A stretch of 64,000 nt of DNA, taken from the NCBI RefSeq assembly GCF_964355755.1, contig NC_092672.1, positions 11,098,001 through 11,162,000 on the forward strand, read 5' to 3'. The notes under the pieces were generated by a model that saw only the letters and a list, made by a program, of their open reading frames with translations, made no database searches and was not told the origin of the DNA. A program made the translations under genes and the position numbers. The first letter of the stretch is position 1. Each line of letters begins with the position of its first letter. Below are positions 24,150 through 36,700 of the stretch, piece by piece. The stretch is from Antedon mediterranea (Eukaryota; Animalia; Echinodermata).

Positions 24150-27100
24150 TTAGATATTGGATAATTATTGGTGGATATATTGTATGTATTGATTGAATAT
24201 TGAATGGTTATTGGTGGATATATTGTACATAGTGATTGAATATTGAATGGTTATTGGTGGATATATTGTATATAGTGATTAAATATTGAATGGTTATTGG
24301 TGGATATATTGTATGTAGTGATTGAATATTGAATGGTTATTGGGGGATATATTGTATGTAGTGATTGAATATTGAATGATTATTGGGGGATATATTGTAT
24401 GTAGTGATTAAATATTGAATGGTTATTGGTGGATATATTGTATGTAGTGATTGAATATTGAATGGTTAGTGGGGGATATATTGTATGTAGTGATTGAATA
24501 TTGAATGGTTATTGGTGGATATATTGTATGTAGTGATTGAATATTGAATGGTTATTGGTGGATATATTGTATGTAGTGATTGAATATTTAATGGTTATTG
24601 GTGGATATATTGTATGTAGTGATTGAATATTGAATGGTTATTGGTTGATATATTGTATATAGTGATTGAATATTGAATGGTTATTGGGAGATATATTGTA
24701 TATAGTGATTGAATATTGAATGGTTATTGGTGGATATATTGTATATAGTGATTAAATATTGAATGGTTATTGGTGGATATATTGTATATAGTGATTGAAT
24801 ATTGAATGGTTATTGGGAGATATATTGTATGTAGTGATTGAATATTGAATGGTTATTGGTGGATATATTGTATAAAGTGATTAAATATTGAATGGTTATT
24901 GGTTGATATATTGTATATAGTGATTGAATATTGAATGGTTATTGGGAGATATATTGTATGTAGTGATTGAATATTGAATGGTTATTGGGGGATATATTGT
25001 ATATAGTGATTGAATATTGAATGGTTATTGGTGGATATATTGTATGTAGTGATTGAATATTGAATGGTTATTGGTGGATATATTGTATGTAGTGATTGAA
25101 TATTGAATGGTTATTGGTGGATATATTGTATGTAGTGATTGAATATTGAATGGTTATTGGGAGATATATTGTATGTAGTGATTGAATATTGAATGGTTAT
25201 TGGTGGATATATTGTATGTAGTGATTGAATATTGAATGGTTATTGGTGGATATATTGTATATAGTGATTGAATATTGAATGGTTATTGGTGGATATATTG
25301 TATGTAGTGATTGAATATTGAATGGTTATTGGGAGATATATTGTATGTAGTGATTGAATATTGAATGGTTATTGGTGGATATATTGTATATAGTGATTAA
25401 ATATTGAATGGTTATTGGGAGATATATTGTATGTAGTGATTGAATATTGAATGGTTATTGGTGGATATATTGTATGTAGTGATTGAATATTGAATGGTTA
25501 TTGGTGGATATATTGTATGTAGTGATTGAATATTGAATGGTTATTGGAGGATATATTGTATGTAGTGATTGAATATTGAATGGTTATTGGAGGATATATT
25601 GTATGTAGTGATTGAATATTGAATGGTTATTGGTGGATATATTGTATGTAGTGATTGAATATTGAATGGTTATTGGTGGATATATTGTATGTAGTGATTG
25701 AATATTGAATGGTTATTGGAGGATATATTGTATATAGTGATTGAATATTGAATGGTTATTGGTGGATATATTGTATGTAGTGATTGAATATTGAATGGTT
25801 AGTGGGGGATATATTGTATATAGTGATTGAATATTGAATGGTTATTGGGGGATATATTGTATGTAGTGATTGAATATTGAATGGTTATTGGTGGATATAT
25901 TGTATGTAGTGATTGAATATTGAATGGTTAGTGGGGGATATATTGTATATAGTGATTGAATATTGAATGGTTATTGGGGGATATATTGTATATAGTGATT
26001 GAATATTGAATGGTTATTGGTGGATATATTGTATATAGTGATTGAATATTGAATGGTTATTGGTGGATATATTGTATGTAGTGATTAAATATTGAATGGT
26101 TATTGGGGGATATATTGTATGTAGTGATTGAATATTGAATGGTTATTGGTGGATATATTGTATATAGTGATTGAATATTGAATGGTTATTGGTGGATATA
26201 TTGTATGTAGTGATTGAATATTGAATGGTTATTGGGGGATATATTGTATATAGTGATTGAATATTGAATGGTTATTGGGGGATATATTGTATATAGTGAT
26301 TGAATATTGAATGGTTATTGGTGGATATATTGTATGTAGTGATTGAATATTGAATGGTTATTGGGAGATATATTGTATATAGTGATTGAATATTGAATGG
26401 TTATTGGTGGATATATTGTATATAGTGATTAAATATTGAATGGTTATTGGTGGATATATTGTATGTAGTGATTGAATATTGAATGGTTATTGGTGGATAT
26501 ATTGTACATAGTGATTGAATATTGAATGGTTATTGGTGGATATATTGTATGTAGTGATTGAATATTGAATGGTTATTGGTGGATATATTGTACATAGTGA
26601 TTGAATATTGAATGGTTATTGGTGGATATATTGTATATAGTGATTAAATATTGAATGGTTATTGGGAGATATATTGTATGTAGTGATTAAATATTGAATG
26701 GTTATTGGTGGATATATTGTATGTAGTGATTGAATATTGAATGGTTAGTGGGGGATATATTGTATATAGTGATTGAATATTGAATGGTTATTGGGGGATA
26801 TATTGTATATAGTGATTGAATATTGAATGGTTATTGGTGGATATATTGTACATAGTGATTGAATATTGAATGGTTATTGGTGGATATATTGTATATAGTG
26901 ATTAAATATTGAATGGTTATTGGGAGATATATTGTATGTAGTGATTGAATATTGAATGGTTATTGGTGGATATATTGTATGTAGTGATTAAATATTGAAT
27001 GGTTATTGGTGGATATATTGTATATAGTGATTGAATATTGAATGGTTATTGGGAGATATATTGTATGTAGTGATTGAATATTGAATGGTTATTGGTGGAT

Positions 27101-29730
27101 ATATTGTATATAGTGATTGAATATTGAATGGTTATTGGTGGATATATTGTATGTAGTGATTGAATATTGAATGGTTATTGGTGGATATATTGTATGTAGT
27201 GATTGAATATTGAATGGTTATTGGTGGATATATTGTATGTAGTGATTGAATATTGAATGGTTATTGGGGGATATATTGTATGTAGTGATTAAATATTGAA
27301 TGGTTATTGGGGGATATATTGTATGTAGTGATTAAATATTGAATGGTTATTGGGAGATATATTGTATGTAGTGATTGAATATTGAATGGTTATTGGGAGA
27401 TATATTGTATGTAGTGATTGAATATTGAATGGTTATTGGGAGATATATTGTATATAGTAATTGAATATTGAATGGTTATTGGTGGATATATTGTATGTAG
27501 TGATTGAATATTGAATGGTTATTGGTGGATATATTGTATATAGTGATTGAATATTGAATGGTTATTGGGAGATATATTGTATATAGTGATTGAATATTGA
27601 ATGGTTATTGGGGGATATATTGTATGTAGTGATTGAATATTGAATGGTTATTGGTGGATATATTGTATATAGTGATTGAATATTGAATGGTTATTGGGGG
27701 ATATATTGTATATAGTGATTGAATATTGAATGGTTATTGGTGGATATATTGTACATAGTGATTGAATATTGAATGGTTATTGGTGGATATATTGTATATA
27801 GTGATTAAATATTGAATGGTTATTGGGAGATATATTGTATGTAGTGATTGAATATTGAATGGTTATTGGTGGATATATTGTATGTAGTGATTAAATATTG
27901 AATGGTTATTGGTGGATATATTGTATATAGTGATTGAATATTGAATGGTTATTGGGAGATATATTGTATGTAGTGATTGAATATTGAATGGTTATTGGTG
28001 GATATATTGTATATAGTGATTGAATATTGAATGGTTATTGGTGGATATATTGTATGTAGTGATTGAATATTGAATGGTTATTGGTGGATATATTGTATGT
28101 AGTGATTGAATATTGAATGGTTATTGGTGGATATATTGTATGTAGTGATTGAATATTGAATGGTTATTGGGGGATATATTGTATGTAGTGATTAAATATT
28201 GAATGGTTATTGGGGGATATATTGTATGTAGTGATTAAATATTGAATGGTTATTGGGAGATATATTGTATGTAGTGATTGAATATTGAATGGTTATTGGG
28301 AGATATATTGTATGTAGTGATTGAATATTGAATGGTTATTGGGAGATATATTGTATATAGTAATTGAATATTGAATGGTTATTGGTGGATATATTGTATG
28401 TAGTGATTGAATATTGAATGGTTATTGGTGGATATATTGTATATAGTGATTGAATATTGAATGGTTATTGGGAGATATATTGTATATAGTGATTGAATAT
28501 TGAATGGTTATTGGGGGATATATTGTATGTAGTGATTGAATATTGAATGGTTATTGGTGGATATATTGTATATAGTGATTGAATATTGAATGGTTATTGG
28601 GGGATATATTGTATATAGTGATTGAATATTGAATGGTTATTGGTGGATATATTGTATGTAGTGATTGAATATTGAATGGTTATTGGTGGATATATTGTAT
28701 GTAGTGATTGAATATTTAATGGTTATTGGGGGATATATTGTATGTAGTGATTGAATATTGAATGGTTATTGGTGGATATATTGTATATAGTGATTGAATA
28801 TTGAATGGTTATTGGGAGATATATTGTATATAGTGATTGAATATTGAATGGTTATTGGTGGATATATTGTATATAGTGATTGAATATTGAATGGTTATTG
28901 GGAGATATATTGTATGTAGTGATTGAATATTGAATGGTTATTGGTGGATATATTGTATGTAGTGATTGAATATTGAATGGTTATTGGTGGATATATTGTA
29001 TATAGTGATTGAATATTGAATGGTTAGTGGGAGATATATTGTATGTAGTGATTGAATATTGAATGGTTATTGGGGGATATATTGTATATAGTGATTGAAT
29101 ATTGAATGGTTATAGGGAGATATATTGTATGTAGTGATTGAATATTGAATGGTTATTGGTGGATATATTGTATGTAGTGATTGAATATTGAATGGTTATT
29201 GGGAGATATATTGTATATAGTGATTGAATATTGAATGGTTATTGGGAGATATATTGTATATAGTGATTGAATATTGAATGGTTATAGGGAGATATATTGT
29301 ATGTAGTGATTGAATATTGAATGGTTATTGGGGGATATATTGTATGTAGTGATTGAATATTGAATGGTTATTGGGGGATATATTGTATATAGTGATTGAA
29401 TATTGAATGGTTATTGGGGGATATATTGTATGTAGTGATTGAATATTGAATGGTTATTGGTGGATATATTGTATGTAGTGATTGAATATTTAATGGTTAT
29501 TGGGGGATATATTGTATGTAGTGATTGAATATTGAATGGTTATTGGTGGATATATTGTATATAGTGATTGAATATTGAATGGTTATAGGGAGATATATTG
29601 TATATAGTGATTGAATATTGAATGGTTATTGGTGGATATATTGTATGTAGTGATTGAATATTGAATGGTTAGTGGGGGATATATTGTATGTATTATAGTG
29701 ATTGAATATTAAATGGTTATTGGTGAATAT
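24150..29730. repeat. 43-bp satellite, about 128 copies
   Basis: Unit tattgaatggttattggtggatatattgtatgtagtgattgaa; period measured 24241 to 24284. Confidence 0.97.
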
Positions 29731-29841
29731 ATTATCGATTGATGTATTATTATGTTCGTTGATTTAAAAAAAAATTATAATTGGCTGATGCACATAAAGT
29801 TGGTTTTTATTTATTTTCAGGGACATCTTTACGCACATGGA

Positions 29842-30715
29842 ATGACACATTCACTGTCGTCGTATGCTGTACTACTCGAAATCGTGAGAATATTGTTTTT
29901 GGCGTGTATCCACGAAGCTGGCAGCGCCGAAGATGTGCACATAACACCTTCCAATCCTTCTAGCACCATCGCTGTATCAATTCACGAAGAATCCAAAGAT
30001 GGAATCAAACCAACAGTATTTGTTTTGGCGCCGTCCAGTAACAACGGGAGGTCACTACAACAACCAACTGACGGCGTGCACCCTACACCTTCAATTGGAA
30101 GATTATATTCTGTGACAGGTGTATATAGTTTCGGAACTTTGATATCTACGACTATAGATTTGTCGGGAACGGTTTTGTCGACAGCTGTGTCACCTGACAA
30201 CCAACATTCGTCTATTACTGAAAATAATATATGGCCAATAACGAAATCAACGTCGTTCACTGTGACTGGAATACGAGCGACTATTTCACCCATCTTACCT
30301 TCACCAGCGATGCTGTCAACTAGCTATTTGGACTTGACTACTGAACTTGGGAAAATAATAACAGAACCTTTATTTCATGAAAATCTAGTTAGTTATAGTA
30401 CGACACGACAAACAATTAGTGCATACTCAACGCAGACGATAAAATCAGCGTTCGTGTCCGACGAATATTCGACCCAATATTCTTTGCATTCGCTTTCTTC
30501 GCAAATTGCAAAGATACCTGCCCGAGAGTTTAACTTAACGAAGTATAGGCTGGACGACGAGTCGAATTTGACGACAGACAACCTGGACGACAAGTCAAAT
30601 GTGACGACAGATAGGCTGCTGGATGACGAATCAATTTACTTAAACACGTCGGTCAATACTGAATGGGTTACATTGCTACCATTAAATACGACTATATCTT
30701 CTACTACTAATCAAG
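29842..30715 (+). CDS. TM-protein exon: signal peptide plus mucin-like ectodomain
   Basis: Acceptor ttattttcag ends at 29820, in-frame ATG at 29842, donor GTTGGT at 30716; lies within ORF 29752..30723. Confidence 0.8.
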
Positions 30716-33700
30716 GTTGGTAAATATTTGCTTATGTAAATAAATTAAAGAAAGGTTTATGATATGGAAACATGTTTTTGCTTGATGTAAGGTTGAGTCC
30801 ATGACGTACCGTCAGCATTTAGCATATGGAGTAATGCAACGTGTTTTGCGCACTAGAAACTAATGAGTGAACATTGATCTAGTGTGCGCCTACATGCACC
30901 AACATGAGTTAGTGTGCACCTATATGTTTTAATTAATCCTCTATTTTGCACCTGAATGCTCTAATATGCACCAGCATGCCCTAGTGTGCACAAGCATGGG
31001 TTAGTGTGCACCTATATTCTATGTACACATGGTACCTCTTGTGTGCCCCTATATGATCTAGTTGACACTTGCATGACGTGCATGTTCTAATATGCACCAG
31101 CATGCCCTAGTGTGCACACGCATGCCCTAGTGTGCACCTATATGATCTAGTTGACACTTGCATGACGTGCATGTTCTAATACACCAGCATGCCCTAAGTG
31201 TGCACACGCATGCCCTAGTGTGCACCTATATGATCTAGTTGACACTTGCATAACGTGCATGTTCTAATATGCACCAGCATGCCCTAGTGTGCACACGCAT
31301 GCCCTAGTGTGCACCTATATGATCTAGTTGACACTTGCATGACGTGCATGTTCTAATATGCACCAGCATGCCCTAGTGTGCACACGCATGCCCTAGTGTG
31401 CACCTATATGATCTAGTTGACACTTGCATGACGTGCATGTTCTAATATGCACCAGCATGCCCTAGTGTGCACACGCATGGGGGTTAGTGTGCACCTATAT
31501 TCTATGTACACACACAGGCATCCTTTTGTATGCACCTACATGACCTAGTTGGCACCTGCATGGCGTGCTTGTTCTAATATGCACCTACATGACCTAGTTG
31601 GCACCTGCATGCTCCAGTGTACACAAGCATTCGCATGTATGTACAAACAAGCGTTGGCACCTACATGTATACATTTATCCTCTAATTTGCACCTGCATGA
31701 TCTAGCAATGTTTTGAACACTAAAAAAGTCATGTGCTATAAAGTATATTAACTTAAATAGTTTTAATTTGTGTCACAATACATTACTACATCAAATTTTT
31801 ACAATCTATTTCAATGTGATTGCGGCCTCCTGAGCAATCCACTGAATAGCCATTCGGCCTACATGTTTATTTCATAGTTCTGTAGTTCTTTGCATCCCTT
31901 TTAACGTACTAGTTGATTGATATTGGAAGCTTTCCGCCAATCAGTGACAACCATGGCACCGTTACGTCATTTGGTAATGCACTTAACTGTATGATCGCTA
32001 TGAATTTGTAATTATGGCTTCAACTAGAATTGAATATTAATGAATTAAATTTCTCTTCAATATTATATAATCGGGAAGCCGATTTGTTTAATTTTTTTCT
32101 GGTGCTGAAATGGGCTGCAATATAATATTAGTTATTAATTAATTAATTATTATTAGTATTTAAACAATTTATTTAGAATTGGTTCCCACTTAAGCGCAAC
32201 GCAAGTATATCGACCAATTACAACGAAATGGATCATCTGAATTGTCATTTATGATTGGTCACTCACTTGCCACTGGAATACGCCATTGCGTTGCGTCCAA
32301 GTGTGTGAACCATGCTACTAGTCAGGTAGCTTAGCAATTTTAACGTTACCGGCCGGACAAAAGTACCAAAATTGGCATATAGCTTCCTTTCGACCTATCT
32401 ATTGATTTTATCCGTGGAACCCACTTGATCGGGTCCGATTTTTCAAGATGGCTGCCAAAATCCAAAATGGCCCCCAGAAAAAAGGAAATGCCATATATCT
32501 GGCTGTAAAACTCGTAAATCAACAAATGGGGTGTCAATTTAAGGGTTTCTGGGGTCAATGAAACAGATGCTGGTTATGCCATATTGCTCAGACCACCTAT
32601 TTCCAAGATGGCGGCCAAATTTCAAAATGGCCGCCAAAAAAGGGAAATGTTGTGTGTGTCACTGTAAAAATCTGAAAATGAACAAATGAGGTATTAATTC
32701 AGGGGTTTCTGGGGTCAACCGAAACAGATGCTGGTCAAGCCATTTTGCTAAGGTCTCCCATTTCCAAAATGGCGGCCAAATTTCAAAATGGCTGCCAAAA
32801 AAAAACTCCAAAAATTTTGTGTAGGCATATGTGGGTTAAAAATCAGAAATTAACAAAAATAATATATGAAAAAGGTTTACTTGGCTCTATAATAGCTACA
32901 TAACAGTTTACAGTTATAGTACAGTTGATTTACCCTATTTGGATGAACATGTGCACCGGCAAAGAGATGTGCAAGGCAGATTTGCCTTGCTTGCTGCATT
33001 TGCAGACTGTACAGGCCCTTTTGCAGCCACATTTCACAAATTCTCTGCAAGCCCTAGATGCCTCTGGAATGGTAGACCAGACAGGTTCCCATGAGTTCCC
33101 AACTTTCACCCATGCATAGTCGGTTGGACACGAATTTGTTTGTTTAGATAACATGCATGTTGTCCAGATGCCAGCTTGGTATACGGCCCTCCTAGTGTGC
33201 TGGAGTAGTGCATTTGAGTAGGTGGTATCTTGTCAACAGCTTGCTGTTTCTGGCTGAACAGTTCCATCCAAGCACTGTTAACATTCATGGCGTTACTTGT
33301 TTTGTCATAAACTACGACAACTAGTCTCTCGATTCTTTGAAATGATTCAGAATGTAAGTGAAGATGCTCAAACGGATGTGCGGCAAGATAAAGAAAGGCA
33401 TCCGTAACTCTAAACGCTGAGGTAGTATAACATCCTGATGACAGGGAGTGGAAAATTGGCAGGGAACGTGATTTGCGTTCACCGAGATGTACACACATGG
33501 CGTTGATACTGTAATGAGTTCTTTCCAGTTCCAAATGCTATCCAGAGATCAAGATCAGCATTTATATGAGAGAGGTCATGAAACACACTGATAAGAACAA
33601 CGACAACATCTGTATCCACAGTTCGCACCTGGATGGATTTTGCTCCATTTTCCAACGCGTGCTTCACGTGAAACACAATCCTAGTGTCTGCTTCCTCTTG

Positions 33701-36700
33701 ATTACAGCTGGACATTTTGAACTGCATTCCAACATATGTAACATGCTCTCCAGCTGTGATATATACCGAACACTCAGGAGGGATGCTGCAATCCGCAACT
33801 TTTGATGAAAGGAATTCAAAAAGTTCTTTCTTGTTGATTGGATCACGGAGGAAGTCATTCCAGTTGCCCGGCAGCTTGGTATCACCTGATACTTTTCTAT
33901 GCACACCTTTGCCTCGTTTCTCCATGGTTCCCTCCTTAAGGCTATCTGGTCGGTATTCGTCCCTCACAACATCCACTCGCTTTGTGTCACGTAGCTGACG
34001 TTTAAGATGGGGTATAAACACGTTGTCAGCATATTCTTGGAATGTTGAGACATTTATTACAGGTAATGCATGTACTGTCACCGCACCATCCAGAACTTTG
34101 CAGTCATAAAATACAGGTGCCTCTGTGTGGTTTGATTCGATACATTGTAACAGATGACATTTGGTACCAGACAGATTAAGCTTTCCAAACTCAGACAGGG
34201 ATGGAGGATACGACTGTACTTTGTGTGCAAAGAATTCACTGATGTCACCATCTCTATTTTGTAAGAAAATGTATAACTGGCCGAAGAGTGCCACATTGTT
34301 CTCAAGCACCTTTACTTTCTTGCAATCCTTTGATTTGACTTTGAGCTTTGTTGAGAGCAAGGGTAGTGAATTCTTTGAGATCGTATCATGTATGGAACGA
34401 CTACGATCCACGAGCACGGTCTTCACATACTCTTGACACTTCTTTGTGCCTGTATCTTCTAGTGTACGGATTGTATCCACTACTGCCTCATTCGCGCAGT
34501 TACGACTATCAAGAGTTACCAACTCAGGGAAGTCATACAGGAAGGGATTTCCCATCTTGCGTATTGTGTTAGATAGACTATCAACCTGTCGCTGGAAGGT
34601 TTTCTGTGCTGCAAGTCCCTGTTAATGGTGTTCAAAGTTAGCTGGGTTTTCCGGATCATCGTCATGAATAATATATTCATTCTCATACTGTCTCAGAATT
34701 CTGGCAAGCTCGGGTCCAGCAGTCATCCAGCGTCTGAAGGCAACTGGATTCTCTGTAAGTCCTACTACACCACCGGATGCTTTCACCACTTTATTCTCTT
34801 GCTCATGCGCTTGGTCTATTGGAATCGCAGAGTATCTGTGTAACGACTTTGCGATTGTCCAGTGATTCCGAGTTTCAAACTCATATTATTTTGATCTCTT
34901 GTGGCAATGCCTTCATGTCTCTAATGTGTAGGCCTACAGGCAGCCACCGAGAATAGTTCACATGATCTAACGCAAAGAACAATGGCACGAGTGCCTCTAA
35001 TACAGAAACATACAATAGGAAGTCTCTTTCCCGATGGGCTCTAACAAATATGAGAATCAGAATCTCATAGTGTGCGATCATGTTCCAGAACTTGAACGTG
35101 GGAGATTTCTTACACATTTGTTCCAGCCAGTTGTTCAAACTCTCATCAATATTAGATCTCTGGTTGAATGCTTCATTCAGTAGCCGCTGAAGAACAAGAA
35201 CAGTGACTTGATGGGCATGTCGAGTTCTGGTAATGTGTGATACTTTCAGGAATGAATCGGCTGTTCCAGATGAAGCAACGTCAGATTCAGTGAGAGCCGT
35301 TGTCCAACCTGACCCATCTAATAAATCACCAACACTGTTCCATAGCGCCTTCTCAATGTGCAGTCCGCCCATCATAACTACGTAGACTTTCTCACCATAG
35401 AGATCTGGCCATTTCCATTGTACATACTTGGCGAGCGTGAACAGAGGCTGGTCAAACGTAATCACTGGGATTTGTCCTGGGTTGAGGTACTCTATTGTCT
35501 GCCGATGTACAAAATCAATACAATTAAATATTCCTTACCATTTCACCTGAGTGATCCTTCCTTCATTATAGAATTGGCGGCCATTTTTAAATTTGACCGC
35601 CATCTTGGAAATGAGTGACCTGAGAAAAATGGCTTGACCAGTATCTGTTTCAGTAACCTCAGATACCTCTGAATTGACACCTTATTTGTTAATTTATGAT
35701 TTTTACAACCTTATATACAATATTTCCTTTTTTGGCAGCCATTTTGAAATTTGGCCGCCATCTTGTAATTGGGTGACCTGAGCAAAATGGCTTGACCAGC
35801 ATCTATTACAGTGACCTAAAAAAACCCTGAATTGACACCTCATTTGTTCATTTCTGATTTTTACAGTCTGATATATGACATTTGATTTTTTTGGTGGCCA
35901 TTTTGAAATTTGGCCGCCATCTTGGAAATTGGTGGTCTGAGCAACATGACATGACCAGCTTCTGTTTCAGTGACACCCAGAAACCCTGACATTGACACCC
36001 CATTTGTTGATTTATGAGTCTTACAGCCAGATATATGGCATTTCCTTTTTTCTGGCGGCCATCTTGGATTTTGGCCGCCATCTTGGAAAATCGGACCCGA
36101 TCAAGTGGGTTCCACGGATAAAATCAATAGATAGGTCGAAAGGAAACTCCATGCCAATTTTGGTACTTTTGTCCGGCCGGTAACGTTAATCCTGAAAATT
36201 GTTGCTAAGCCACCTGACTATACGGTTACCACCAACGCACGCGCAATCACATTGTTAAACGATAATGCTCTCTAGTTGATCGTGGGTTTTCTCTTTGTGT
36301 ACTAATATACGTCTCTAATTTGATATATTATTATAAGGGCCATAGTTGAAATTTAGATTTACAAACTATGTAACAAAAAATGTGATGTGCCCATTATTAT
36401 ATGGACACGACGATGTCATATCACTACCATATTTGGGCACATCACACTTGTTGATAGTGTAGACAGAGCTTAAGACAAACATTGTCTCTTCTTTTGTTTT
36501 ACTGTATCGTTCTTTAATTTTATGCTTTCTATTCCAAGGGTCACCTGTTTTGAGTGTAAAATGTGAATTTAAAAAAAAACGAGCTTTCGTACCAGCTGTC
36601 TGATGGTAGTATTGTAAACAGAGTAGCTAAAATAGGCATGAACAGAACATTTCATTAATTTGCTTGCTTACGGTGGACATAAGCAATCATTACAAACTCA

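Noticed and set aside
29752-29841. ORF-track starts at 29752 and 44865 as independent genes
   Set aside because: Both run through pyrimidine-rich splice acceptors; they are exons of one spliced gene.
36578-36610. gagctttcg..ctgatgg near 36580 as another hammerhead
   Set aside because: No CUGANGA in the correct strand and order, and no stem II.
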